A DNA stretch of 64,000 nucleotides, from contig CATNEN010000034.1 in the NCBI GenBank assembly GCA_950097015.1, forward strand, positions 6,200,001 through 6,264,000, in the 5' to 3' direction. This DNA is from Macrostomum hystrix (Eukaryota; Animalia; Platyhelminthes). Below the pieces are notes generated by a model. The model searched no databases, was not told the DNA's origin, and saw only the letters and a list, made by a program, of their open reading frames with translations. Below are positions 1 through 12,440 of this stretch, one piece after another (positions within the stretch are counted from its first letter, which is position 1; every line of letters starts with the position of its first letter). Made by a program: the position numbers and the translations under genes.

Positions 1-130
1 CTGAAGCAATGCAGTGTTAAGCGTCTGGCTAAGGGACACAAATTGATCCAATGGAGTCGGGAATCGAACACTCTATCTTCAAGCCGTGAGTCGGACGGTC
101 GTGAGTCTAACCACTGGGCTACAACCCTTA
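1..130 (-). mobile_element. tRNA-derived SINE, family A (cut by window edge)
   Basis: Reverse complement reads GGTTGTAGCCCAGTGGTTAG...GTTCGATTCCCGACTCC...CTTAACACTGCATTGCTTCAG, matching the full copy at 57862-58158. Confidence 0.8.
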
Positions 131-463
131 TAATCAAAAGCTGCCAACCAGACAAGGACCTCTACCGCCTCTTTTGAAGCCGGCCAATACGTGTTTCAAT
201 TGCAACTGTGGAAATAAACAACTCAATAAGTGCCTGGACTAAGCAGCATGTTGGTATTTTATCGTTTTTTATTCAGCCATACAAATTAGCAAATAAAATT
301 ATTATATACAATTACTAAATTAAGAAATTTCATTTTAAGAACCTATAACATTGTAACCATAAAGTCACCGACAAGCTCGCGCAGTTCAATAAATTTATAA
401 GACTATTAGCAAAGCGATATGCTAAATTAGGCGCTGATGAGTTTTGTGTAATTGCATTAACAT

Positions 464-858
464 AATAATAATAATAATAATTGACACTAGACCCAAGGGC
501 CAGTGCAGGTGTTGTGTCAGGCACACTAGCAGGTGGGGACTGCACACCTATTGTACTCCCCGGCTCTCTCGGACACCGGTTGACAGCCGCGTGTCAGCAA
601 TGGAATTTATTTTTCCAAACATATCGGCAGTATCCAAACCCCACAGAATTGCCGCACAGAACTGCTTTATTCCACGCCAGCCGGAATTATTATTACCCGA
701 CGAAATGTCGGTACTCATTTGCAGCTGAGTAGACTGTGTGCAAATCAGGGCAAAGCAGCTTGCCAAAGGCTGCACGAATAGTTCTAGACTAGGTCGGGAG
801 TCGAACCCAGGACCATCTGATCCAGAGTCCAACACCTTACTGACTGAGCTATCCGCCC
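464..858 (-). mobile_element. Full-length tRNA(Lys)-like SINE, family C, with 12-bp target-site duplication
   Basis: Starts GGGCGGATAGCTCAGTCAGTAAGG (A box) and has GGTTCGACTCC (B box), a CORE-like segment (CTTTGGCAAG...CAGCTGCAAATGAGTACC) and a (TTA)n tail. TTGCATTAACAT flanks both sides (452-463 and 859-870). Confidence 0.85.
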
Positions 859-1809
859 TTGCATTAACATGAGACACCATGAAAGCATCCTTTGGTGGGT
901 GACACAAAGTTGTAACTCAGAGATTTAATTATATTTATCTTGCTCAAGGACGGTTGGTAAACCGTAGACCAATTTGTAATCCAAAGTTGGTTAGTCAAGA
1001 AGACAAACCACGAAAACAAAATGTTGTGCCATATCTTCTCGTCTGAAATTTACAAAACTAAAAAGTAACTAAAAAAGAACTTAAAATCAAAAGCAACAGA
1101 CCAGAAAGGAAAGTTTCAGTAGCTACGACAGAAGAATTTCAAGTCACCAATTAAAATATTTAGTCACGTACTACACACACACACATAGAAAGGCTGAGGT
1201 GCTTAATGTAAAATGGAATTCTTATGGTAATGATACTTTTATAAAAATAAAACTTTTATTGCGTTAATCAGATGGCACTATATTAGCAATAACTGCTTTA
1301 ATTTGAAATATACATACGATAATATTGAAATGCATAATGTACAACGTGGTGAAATGACAGGTTTAGGTCCCAGTAAAATCCCAAAAATTGCTGCAAGATT
1401 TTAGATAAAATATAGTGCATTTAAAAGCTAAGTACAAGCCATTAAATGGCGGAAAAGTGTCGCAAAATAGCAAATACAAAAATGTGTAACAATAGCATAT
1501 CGTCTCGTTTGTGCACCACAATAAGCATAGCATTGTTGACAAATCAGCAACATATCTAGAATGTATTCCAATTTTGCTAATATTGTGTGTAGAAGATCAG
1601 CAAAATCAGCATATTTGTCATTGTGACGTAGATAGTGACAATGGATTAAAGTGCATTTGTACTATTAGGCTACATAGCATAAGTTGTTTAGAAAAAAAAT
1701 AACAAAACGATAGTATGTTTGTAACTCTTAATAAATTGTTTGCTGTTACACTTTTGTAAGACTTTTCAAATTTTGCTAGCAATCCACACGTGCCATTGCA
1801 ATTAAAAAT

Positions 1810-2247
1810 AGAAATCTGATTCTATGGGATAGAAACATGATTCTATGGGATAGAAACATGATTCTATGGGATAGAAACATGATTCTATGGGATAGAAACA
1901 TGATTCTATGGGATAGAGAAAGCATTCTATGGGATAGAAACATCATTCTATGGGATAGAAACATCATTCTATGGGATAGAAACATCATTCTATGGGATAG
2001 AGACAGCATTCTATGGGATAGAAACATCATTCTATGGGATAGAAACATCATTCTATGGAATAGAGACAGCATTCTATGGGATAGAAACATCATTCTATGG
2101 GATAGAGACAGCATTCTATGGGATAGAGACATCATTATATGGGATAGAAATATCATTCTATGGGATAGAGACAGCATTTTATGAAATAGATACATCATTC
2201 TATGGAATAGAGACAACATTTTATGGAATAGAAAGACCATTCTATGG
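1810..2247. repeat. Minisatellite, 21-bp unit ATTCTATGGGATAGAAACAT(G/C), ~20 copies
   Basis: Direct tandem repetition visible; explains ORFs 1776..2240 and 1837..2184. Confidence 0.95.
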
Positions 2248-2557
2248 ATGAGCCATCCTATCTATTGAAATAAAAATGCCATGTTCAATAGCAAAAATCA
2301 TGTGTTCGAAGAAGCTAATCGATATGCAGATAGATAACAGATATACACGAAAATACATTAGAGCCAAAATAATCGACAGACTTCTCATTATAAAGCGTAA
2401 CTGTACTTTGACTAGCGCACAATAGTACTTTACAATACAAGACGTGGATCAAAATAAATAGTCCATTTTTTGGTTTCCTCATACGCGTTGGAAAATACGA
2501 GAAGGTAAATTGAAGCAATTATTTTGTTTATGCTGAATAATACACTTGTCGGCGTCG

Positions 2558-5500
2558 TTAAGTTATCGTTCTCAATACGTAATCATTGCCACACGACGCA
2601 TTGGTGTAGTCTTCAACCAACTGGATGTTGTCCTGCAGGCCTCCTAAAATGCGGCAATAAGAATTTTCCCATTTTTATTTGCAGATTATTCCAATTACGA
2701 ACTGTTAGCCTCGAAGACAGGAAACAAAATCTGACTCGCTACTGTGAGTAGCGCGGTAGGCAAATAAAAAAATTAAAATAACTTACCGCCGTCACTGCGA
2801 CGAGCTGCTTGACTGCCAGCGTTGGTCGCCACAGCGCCGGCGCTGGGTGTGAGTCTAGTCTCCTCAGTCAAGGGCTCGCTAGCCGGGCTTCCCAACTGGG
2901 GAATTAGCAGCTGATTGCCGGGCTAAAATATTCGACACAACAGCAGAAAAATAGAAATATAGTTCGTAATTTGTTAACAGTAGGAATTGCCCCCTTAAAA
3001 CTATTTGTGCTGCACCCGAACGGAGCAACGCAAGCACAAGAAACTCAAGAACACGGGCCAACTTCTTTTGCGCATCTTCTGAAACAACAATCAAGTCCCC
3101 AGCTCTTCAGATCGTCGAGTTATTCAACGGTTCTGGCAGAAGGTCAGATTTTTCCCATCCAGTGTATTTTATACACTCCTACACGAATTAGCACTGCAAG
3201 CGCCTCGGCACGGATGACGCGCTGATAAAGTTTGAATGCCGAGGAGGTTGCACTGAGGCGCAGTGCAAATTCGTGTATAGGGGTGTATGAAATGCACTGA
3301 TTACTATAGGAAAAATCCGACCTTGGGCCAGAATCGATGAATATCTCGACGGTTAGAACTATATTTAACAACTTTCAACTCCCAATATCAACTTAAGAAA
3401 CGATAAAAGAAAGTTTTTTTAACTGCCTAATTAACAGAATGGCATTTCAACGATCTTGTGTCCACCGCTAGCTTATTAGTCAACTTAGTTTTCGTACAGG
3501 ACAACTAAATCGCAAACAACAAACCTCTTCCGGGTAGCGATCGCGCGCCGCCTTTTGCACTTTCGGATCTCGCCTATGTCGTTTGCGATAACAAAAGAAA
3601 AGAAAAGAAATCAGTACGCTAAGCAGCACAACGACTGTTACGATTAGTACTGTCGTTGGCCATGTAGCAGGCAGTTGGATGTTGTTATCAAATAGCACGC
3701 GCTGTCCTGACAGAGCTTCTAAAATCACAGTTTGGCCATTGAGTCTCTTCGCTACATCATCGGGCAGTTCGCATAGAAACTGCCTGGGCAAGTCCTGCAC
3801 GCATTTGGCTAGGCTAGAATTCGCACTTGAATCGTAACGCAGGCGATATTCTTGAACATAAGCCTCGCCTTGACAGCTAGTCTCTACCAGCCTAATCCTC
3901 CTGTGATTGATAATCTTCCAAGAGATTCTCGGATTTGCAACACTGCCGGTGAATCCGTCAGCATCAACTGCATAGCAACGACAAGCTGGCCAGGTCTTGT
4001 TAGACAACTGACCAATCAGGTATCGGATATTGTGACCTGGGGATATTGTTACAGAGTCACCCAACGTCAGATTTAACGCCCGGACTCGCTTGCAATCGGC
4101 CAGTTTTGGATCGTCCGACACTGCAGCCAGCTCGCAGGCGGAGACAAAATATGGGCGAGCGCCTGCTGTCCGGGTCTGGCCGGCCCAAAGCAGAGACAGC
4201 CGCCTGCCACCCGGCCTGTCAGCAATGTCGAACAGCTCGTCAACATAGCCTTCTTGTAGCGGCTCTGGCGGGCAGTCGGGCAGCCAGGTCACGTTGACGG
4301 CGCCAGCCGACGGTCCAGCGCCGGCTTCGGTGGCAGCAGCAACTTTTAGTTGATGTCCGCTGTATGAATGTTTCCAGGCAAAAAATCTATCGTCATCGAC
4401 ATCATTAACGTCGACTGCGACAGAGCGAATCGGCGAGACGCCGTCGTTAATTTGAAAGTTTCGAATTCGGCCATTGCGACAGGCTGGGCTGGGAAGCACG
4501 GCGCCAACTGTGCCCTCCCGGGGCATCGCCAGTACCAGAGCCGGGGCCTCGCACGGAGGCAATTCTAGCGCGCTGAATGCCGCACTGACCGGATCGGACT
4601 CGTGGCCAGAAAAATAGCGCGGCCTACAGCTGACACTCATATTGTACTGCTGGCCAGCCAGTAGAATTGCTTCCGTGTTAGCAAAGTCTACTCGAGTATT
4701 GTTAGTAGTAACGCTGGCTACAATCTGACTGAACCGCACAATATTCACTCTGTAGGTGAAGTTCTGGTCTATATTTGGCACAGTTGCTGCTCGGAATTGG
4801 ACGCTTAAAAGTTTAGTGCCAATGGGCTGCTGAGTAGTATAGAATATTTTCAGGTCGACAATTGGCAACGGCTTTTCTAGAATAATGCGATGGTGAATGC
4901 ATTTAAGAGAATACATTTAGAGTTGATATTTATACCAATTTGACAATCGTTTTTTTATTTTTGAAGTGTGTTGAAGTGTACGCTAGCTTCTAGAGTCTAT
5001 GCTCCGTAATTTTTTTAAGCAATATATTTTCTATGGCAGCTGTGTATGGCAAAGCTTGGCAGAGAAGCTAGCGTACACTTCTATGCTCAATAACTCGCAT
5101 CCGGAGCAAAGTTTTGTGGAATAAACTTACAAATGTTTTCTGTAGACCAGTTAAATTACTGGGCTATGAGCCTAACTGTTCACTTTGGGACACCCGTTAT
5201 ATAAAATAATAATATTTGACTTAATTATTTATGGAGAGAATGAAGAGAAAATGCGAGTGTCCGAGTAGTTTTCTGTTTCATAAGCTCAACTGCATTTTAG
5301 GCACAAAGAATGCTTCCCAGAATGGATTAAGCTACAAGGAAAGAAACTAATATCAAACGATAGACCTTTGATCAGACTAAAGTCACCAAATTTTTGCGGA
5401 AACCAACCTTCTTAACATTTTTCTAAGAAACGTAGTTTTTTTAATTCTACTCTTAGCTGTTGTTGTGACAAAAAAAACCACGACAGATATGCATATCTGT

Positions 5501-8500
5501 ATTTTAAAGGTACGATGCGGCATTCTATTCCAAAATTGGCATTGGGGAAAAAATGAATAGTGAAGTAATGCGGAATTGTCAACAGACTAGAAAAACAAAG
5601 TCCATCAAAACGCACAGGGAGAACTTTGAGTCAGAGTTCCGAAGGCACTGGACTCAGAGGATGGGAAAATCAGCCAAGCTCAGCCACTTCTATTACACGT
5701 TTAAGAAAGATTTCTCCCGAGAAAAGTACCTAACAATAATCTCTAACCCAGAACAAAGGCGCACAATGTCCCGATTTCGTCTAGGAAACCACAAACTGGC
5801 CTGTGAGACATTGCGCACTGTAAGACCGAAAATCGCCTATGAAAACAGAACATGTCCAAAGTGTAGAGTCGAGGTAGAGAGCGAAACTCATATTTTCTTT
5901 AGATGCGATTGGTCCGTTTATGTTCCAATTAGAAATAAATTAATAGAGAAAGGGGCAGGTACTGTTCGAAATTTCGAAAGCCTAACAGCTGATGACAAAA
6001 TGGTGTATTTAATGACACAGGAAAGCACAGGATTAACAGAAAGTTTTGTGGACTTCATAGAAAGCATACTTAAAGCTAGATAAAAAAGCCACTGCCCTGA
6101 GGCCCATAGTTAAAATGCAAAAACACAATCAGTATTCTCCTTTCGGGAGCGAAGTGATATTAGTCAGTTTTAATGCCTTTGTTTAATAAACAAAAAATAG
6201 TTTATTAGAAAAAATTCTAATACTTTATTCACCTAAAATTAATCTGATGCATGCTACTGTTTTCCTATCGCCGTTTTTTATTAAGTCGTTCAGCCTTGTT
6301 ACCAACATCAAATAAACAAAAAAACAGCACCCAATCGGCGCGCGCACTTCAATAAAAATAATAATAATATCAACAAATCAGGCCTCACCTTTGTCGCGCC
6401 TATCAAAGCTCCATGTGGCATTATCGCACCAGCCAATAGAGTTGCATAGTTCAGCTCTGACTAGCATGAAGTCGCCGTTAGTAACTGGCATTTCGCAGAT
6501 TCTGCCCCAGTCGCAATGGCCCTCTGAATTGCAGACGCAACCGCCGTCGCACGAGTTGGAATCTTTGCCTCTGTCCGAGTATGAGCAGTTTCTACCCAGC
6601 GGACCAGTGAAGCTATAACGGGGACGGTCAATAATAATAATAATATTAGTTGCAGGACCGATTCGGGCACATACGAGCCGTAGCTTGGTGACACTAGACC
6701 CGCACGACAAGCCCACAAGTAGTCTCTCCTTGCTTACAGAAATAGTTGCTTAAAATAGAACAAAACATTGGATTCATTGTAGAGCAAATCTGTGTTTTAG
6801 AGCTAAGCATTATTCAATTTCCTAGTGCTAAATTCTAAATTGAATTTGCTTAAACACGCCTTATCAGCCAATCAGATATTTGACTCAGCTTGTATCAAGA
6901 CAGATAAGGCAGATCGCAGCTAAATATTTGTGGAAAAACAATTTTCGCAAGATAATTTGAACTCGCATGTCAATTAGAGCATTTTGCTATGTGAATGATT
7001 AAATTTGAAATTAAAAATATAAACATAGAAAGATCTACTACGTTAGACAGCCAGTGGTGCAGGGAAAACTTTTTAGAGCACTGAAAAAAACAAGTGAGAT
7101 TTCAATGCATAAATATAACCACATCTCAGTCAGATCATCAATTCAACATGGAGATCTATCAAGGTCGTTAGTTCGATTCGGGGAATTGTCAATGCCATCA
7201 ATTCGATATGGGATCTTTCTGGGTAAAATAAACTCATTCTGGCCATCTGACATGCTTTCTCAAGGACGTCGCCTCAATCTGGGGATCTGTGTGGACTATA
7301 GCCTCAATCTGAGGATCTGTGAGGACTGTAGCCTTAATCTGGGGATCTGTGAGGACTATAGCCTCAATCTGGGGATCTGTGAGGACTGTAGCCTCAATCT
7401 GGGGATCTGTGAGGACTATAGCCTCAATCTGGGGATTTGTGAGGACTGTAGCCTTAATCTGAGGATCTGTGAGGACTGTAGCCTTAATCTGAGGATCTGT
7501 GAGGACTGTGGCCTCAATCTGGGATCTGTGAGGACTGTAGCCTCAATCTGAGGATCTGTGAGGACTGTAGCCTTAATCTGAGGATCTGTGAGGACTGTGG
7601 CCTCAATCTGGGATCTGTGAGGACTGGAGCCTCAATCTGAGGATCTGTGAGGACTGTAGCCTCAATCTGGGATCTGTGAGGACTGTGGCCTCAATCTGGG
7701 ATCTGTGAGGACTGTAGCTTCAATCTGAGGATCTGTGAGGACTATAGCCTCAATCTGGGGATCTGTGAGGACTGTAGCCTCAATCTGAGGATCTGTGAGG
7801 ACTGTAGCCTCAATCTGGGGATCTGTGAGGACTGTAGCCTCAATCTGGGTATCTGTTTCCAATTAATACAATAAAGATGATCTAAAGGTAACTCACGAGT
7901 CACGGTACCAGACGCGCAGTGTCAGATTTCCAATGCCCAACAGCGGTAGGCCAGTCCTACGCTGCACTTCGGACAGTGGTGGGTCGGCTATCGAGGTGAA
8001 ATGGCGTCGATCGAACCAATAGAATGTGAAGTTGGGCATCACTGGCTTATCTGCAAATATGCGAAGGAATTTTTATGCACTCATGAATTCGCTTTTGAGC
8101 ACGCAACTCAGACCTAGAGAATCTGGGAAAGCAGCTACTGAAACTTTGAGAAGATATGAAAGTATAACGTATTAGGGGTTGCAGCTCAGTGATAAAGCGT
8201 CGGACTCACGACTTAAAGGTCGGAGGTTCGATTCTCGACTTCACTGGAACAATTTGTGTCCATTTAGCAAGACACTTAACTCTGCGTTCACCCAGCTGTC
8301 AACCAGCATTAGCTGGGGTAATTGAGGGTGGGTGTGTCGTGTTCCCAGTCCATGGACTGAACAGCTGTATGCAGCATGCAGATCCGCAGCGCAATTAATA
8401 AATAAATCAAATTAATCAAATTAGGATGAAAGCAGAGCCATTCGAACCTCGCTATCGGTGAGTAGCAACTCAACATACTTGTAGGAGAATATGAGACAAC

Positions 8501-9154
8501 TCAAATCATGAAAATGTTCGATAGCTACTAAAAAAGCAATTCAGCAGATAAGCTACACTCACAGCCAACTAGGAGCTCCTTGTGCAAGCTGAGATCGGCA
8601 AAGCTTCCATTACCAGATGAAGCATCTGTAGATTGATGCAAGCCAACGCAATCATAGACAACCTTATTGTGTAGCTCCATTGAAACATTTTCAATGACAG
8701 CGTAAGCTGATAATCCATCTGGTGAAATTGTCACATTCAGCAAGGTGTGATTTGTACCATCCAAGACTGGGTGTTGGCGCACCCGAATCTGAGTTATCCA
8801 AGGCAGAGCAGCTTGGCTATTGGCTGAACAGTTAAGGACTAGTCTAGAGCCAACTATTGCATTGCGGCTAGGCTGCAGATTCAATGCTTGAGAAATTGTG
8901 GTTTAGAAAACGCTTATATTTGCATTAAAAACACTTAATCATGTGACTTTATTTGGCAACAAAGGAGTTTTATTAGTCCAAACATAAAATGCTATAAAAT
9001 CATGTCATTTTGTGCTATATTATTCCATTTCGAATAAAAAATACTTACAGAAATTGTAGAAATCTCTCTCAGTGATTGAAGACACTGGATAGTTGGCCAA
9101 CCAGTGGGAATAAAAAATGGATCCAAACAGACAAAATAATGCCTTGTTTGGCAT
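2558..9154 (-). CDS. Type I transmembrane receptor, Ig + FN3-like repeats, class I cytokine receptor (gp130/Domeless)-like, ~793 aa
   Basis: Exons 9154-9049, 8886-8563, 8050-7897, 6612-6389, 4876-3525, 2922-2787, 2643-2558; all GT-AG, phases 1,1,2,1,0,1 consistent; total 2382 nt. Contains a putative signal peptide (MPNKALFCLFGSIFYS), an Ig domain (LVLNC...YDC), a CHR-like linker (VRAELCNSIG...FDRRDKEKPLP), FN3 motifs (CRNGRI...VAAATEAGAGP; LSLLW...YFVSAC), a TM helix (VLIVTVVVLLSVLISFLFFCY) and the stop-transfer sequence RKRHRR. The exon structure is more secure than the family assignment. Confidence 0.75.
3001..3351. mobile_element. Foldback/MITE-like dispersed repeat with imperfect inverted arms
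   Basis: 3113-3197 is the imperfect reverse complement of 3260-3351; 3001-3194 matches 32011-32210. Confidence 0.65.
5553..6083 (+). mobile_element. 5'-truncated non-LTR retrotransposon, ORF2 C-terminal zinc-knuckle region
   Basis: RFRLGNHKL...RTCPKC...VESETHIFFRC...Y..IR matches the C-terminal CCHC region of LINE ORF2 proteins (CR1/L2/RTE-X-type). Lies antisense in intron 4 of the receptor; no RT domain upstream. Confidence 0.75.
6630..6718 (-). mobile_element. SINE family B, internally deleted fragment
   Basis: GGCTTGTCGTGCGGGTCTAGTGTCACCAA...CCTGCAACT plus (TTA)n; these motifs match 31200-31369 and 46440-46450. Confidence 0.65.
7269..7850. repeat. Minisatellite, 29-30-bp unit GCCTCAATCTG(G/A)GGATCTGTGAGGACTGTA, ~19 copies
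   Basis: Tandem array in a receptor intron; related to the arrays at 14238 and 16875. Confidence 0.95.
8177..8410 (+). mobile_element. SINE family A copy
   Basis: GGTTGCAGCTCAGTG...GGACTCACGACTTAAAGGTCGGAGGTTCGATTC...GCAAGACACTTAACTCTG...CCCAGTCCATGGACTGA matches 57862-58158. Confidence 0.8.
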
Positions 9155-9602
9155 GATTAACTGAAACAAAAAGAGTTAAAAGTAAGTAGAAAAAGAACTA
9201 GTTTAAAAGAAGTCAAATATATACTCAAATTATCAACAAATAGCTATTGAACAGCTAAATGACTTTTGTAAACTTAACAGGATTATAAAGCCCATGAGCC
9301 AATTATAGTTCAATCTTATCTGAGCCAACTTAGATAAGAAGCTTTGTACAGTAGAATTTTTTGTTAAGCTTGGAAAACATTAATCAGGTTGTGAACTTCA
9401 TTTTGGCAAACACAATATATTTTAGGCAATATGCAAAATAAGGCTGGTTTTAAAGGCTCTTAGGAATAGTAAAAGACAATAAATTATGCATTTTGAAAGA
9501 TAATGAATTCTGACCTAAAAACCATGACATATATTACATATGAAGCCTATATAAAATATTGAAAAAAATCATTATAGTAACTTTGCCTTAAATAACAAAA
9601 TA

Positions 9603-9950
9603 AAAATTGCAGGATGGCTGTATGCAATGGCATATCATTTGGAAATACTAGACCAGCAGCCAACCAACAAGGAGACAATTCTGACCATTCCACTGACTCT
9701 GGAGCACATATGCACATGAATACTATATACATCCACACACTTACACATGGTCTATACATATGCACTGACTTTCTCATTAGCAGACAGTGCACATTTTCAC
9801 TGTGCTTTAGAGGTTAGCCCTCATGGGGCATAATTTGTTCAACAAGTTTCCTAGCCCCGTACAAGCATTGACATGGAATCGAGCTCAGGGACCTTAGTGC
9901 AAGAGGAAAATACATTATACCACTTAACCACTCTGCCACTCACTCCTACA
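9603..9950 (-). mobile_element. SINE family B, near full-length diverged copy
   Basis: tRNA-like head (AGTGGCAGAGTGGTTAA...GGTCCCTGAGCTCGATTCC); body aligns with 46283-46350 and 31221-31400. Confidence 0.7.
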
Positions 9951-12184
9951 TTTTGTCATTAGTGAATAATTATGCAAAGAAGCTTTAAAATAGCTATAAA
10001 AACGAATTAGCTATATTACATGCTATCACATTCAGCATATCTGTTTAAAAGATTTAACTGTCTTTAGCATAGCTAGCTTTTTATCACTGTACATTAGGTC
10101 ATAATAATGTGGGTCATAAAAAATAGAGCCTACAAAATATATTTTTTTATTTAGCGATTCAGTCATAATATATATTTTACTTCTTCCATCAGTAATATAC
10201 CGACAATCTGACATGACAACCTTCTGAAATATTAGATAAATTAATTAGACAAAGAGTCCTAGTACTTGTAGAAATGCTAAGTAAGTTAGTAATACTCATT
10301 TTTAATTATATTCATGCTATTATCAATTTTTAATATAAAAATTCTAATATATTTTACACCTTTTGATGATCAAGTAAAAAAAATTAAGTTCTTCATAAAA
10401 AAGTCAACCTAAACTACGCTTCTGCAAAGTTTCGCTCGAACTACCTTTGCTTAACTTCGTTTCCTACAATGCTTTTATTTCGAATGTAAAGTCTATAATA
10501 TTTAACAAGTATAACTAACGCGATAAGTATTTTGTCTAGCTAAAGGGCGATAATATATTTAATAAAGCACATCTAAAATTATATAAGTTTTTAACGTGTT
10601 TTAATACGAACTTTTGTACTATATTTTGTATAAACAAATTTTAGTTAACTTTTTTAAATGGTAATATAAAGCTTGATTATTAAAAATGATAAGGCATGCA
10701 AGTAGCAACAACTACAACACAAATGACAAATGCAAAGGCAAAAGTTAATGCACAACATGTTTTGTGAGACTCATGCTTCGTAACATTTATAAACTGTTCT
10801 TAATAGGAATAGAATAATAGTAATAGTAATAGTAATATTAATAGTAATGGAAGTTTACTTGTCCTAACAGTAAGATATTAAAATAATTTTCTATGGAGTC
10901 TAGTTGTCTGACAACCATATGTAAATCGCTTTTTGCAAGCATTGCGTGATATATAGCTTTAATCAAGAGGCTACAAAAGCTTTAAAAGTAGTTAAACAAA
11001 CAACTTAGTAAACCACATGTATGTATATAATTTCAATTATTTAATTGAAGTTTCTATTTTAGCAACCCTAAACTACATCTTTTTTGTTTCTGACATCTTT
11101 AATTATGTTTGTGCATGTAAAATAATTTAGAATTTTGTTGACATATATTTATTTCAATGAAGATAAAACTTGTTTAGGATATTTACATTACTTTGTGAAA
11201 ACTGTTACTGCCCTGGGCTGGACACCATAATTATATTAACTGACTACTGGTACCAGCTGGTTTTAATAAAACTCAAACTGAAGCACTTGCTTTTTTATAT
11301 GATATGTATTACTATTAATAATCTTGCTAAATATAGATTTTTGTGTATTTGTAATTCAATAGGTACCATAATAATAACTAATAAAATGCTTAATTGGTTA
11401 CACCTACCTTGATTAGGCATGATAGTTATGCATCCGATAGTACTGTTGCACTATGTGAATGCTGTTAAATTAACTTTTATCAATTAGTTAGGTTGACAAA
11501 AATCTACAGCCTTAGACACAATATTTACTAATACTAGTTCTGTAGTTTAAATATACTAATTTTCATGTGTTGTTTGTCTGTGTGTGTGTCTGTGTGTCTG
11601 TGTCATTTCGACATCTCCTCCTAGAATACTGGCAACTCAGCATTGAAACTTATATGGGAAAATGAGAAATTTTCCAAAGTCGGCTATAGGCTATTTTAAT
11701 TCTGAAATTTCAAATTCTAAGATCTTCAAAAAAGCAGAAGAAAGTGTAAGTAGTATTGAGTACCCACCATGTCCCTTCCCTTGGTGAAAAATCAAATGGT
11801 TGCATCATGAAATTGTCACCCATCTATTTAGTGTAGGCCTATTTTCTCTCCAGCAGGGTCTGCACTCAGTTTTGAAAATGGGGTGGATAGGTGGCCGTTC
11901 GCACATTCTAACTGCCTCTGTGTATTGGTGGAGAGAGGGTATAGTGAGTTATTTCTATTGAGGGGTCTGATTTGTTCAATATTGAAGTGCGTACAATGGG
12001 CTGTGGCAGAGTTGGCTGGGTAAAATTCAATAAATAAACTTGGTGGGTCTCTCACTATAGGCAGAGAAGTATGTACTTGCTAAACTGGCTGCCCTTTGCG
12101 CTAAAAGGCAGTGAAATTTCAAATGAGGATTGTTCTTTTGCTTTTCAAGATTGGTGGATAAAATTTCTTCTGCTAGAAAGAAAT

Positions 12185-12440
12185 GAGGCGATGGGAGATC
12201 AGTTGATAGGAGATAAGGCAATGGGAGATCAAGGCAATGGGAGATGAGCTGACGGGAGATGAGGCAATGGGATATGAGGTGATGGGAAATCAGGTGATTG
12301 GAGATCAGGCAATAGGAAATCAGGCAATGGGAGATTAGGCGATGTGAGATGAGCTGACGGGAGATGATGCGATGGGAGATAAGGTGATAGGAGATGAGGC
12401 AATGGGAGTTCAGGCAATGGGAGATGAAGCGATAGGAGTT
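12185..12440. repeat. Degenerate ~15-bp GA-rich repeat (GGAGATGAGGCAATG)
   Basis: Tandem degenerate units; explains His/Leu/Ile-rich ORF 12027..12452. Confidence 0.8.

Noticed and set aside
5553-6200. LINE fragment as the mobilising partner of the SINE families
   Set aside because: Its 3' end shows no GGGTCTAGTGTCA or family A tail similarity.
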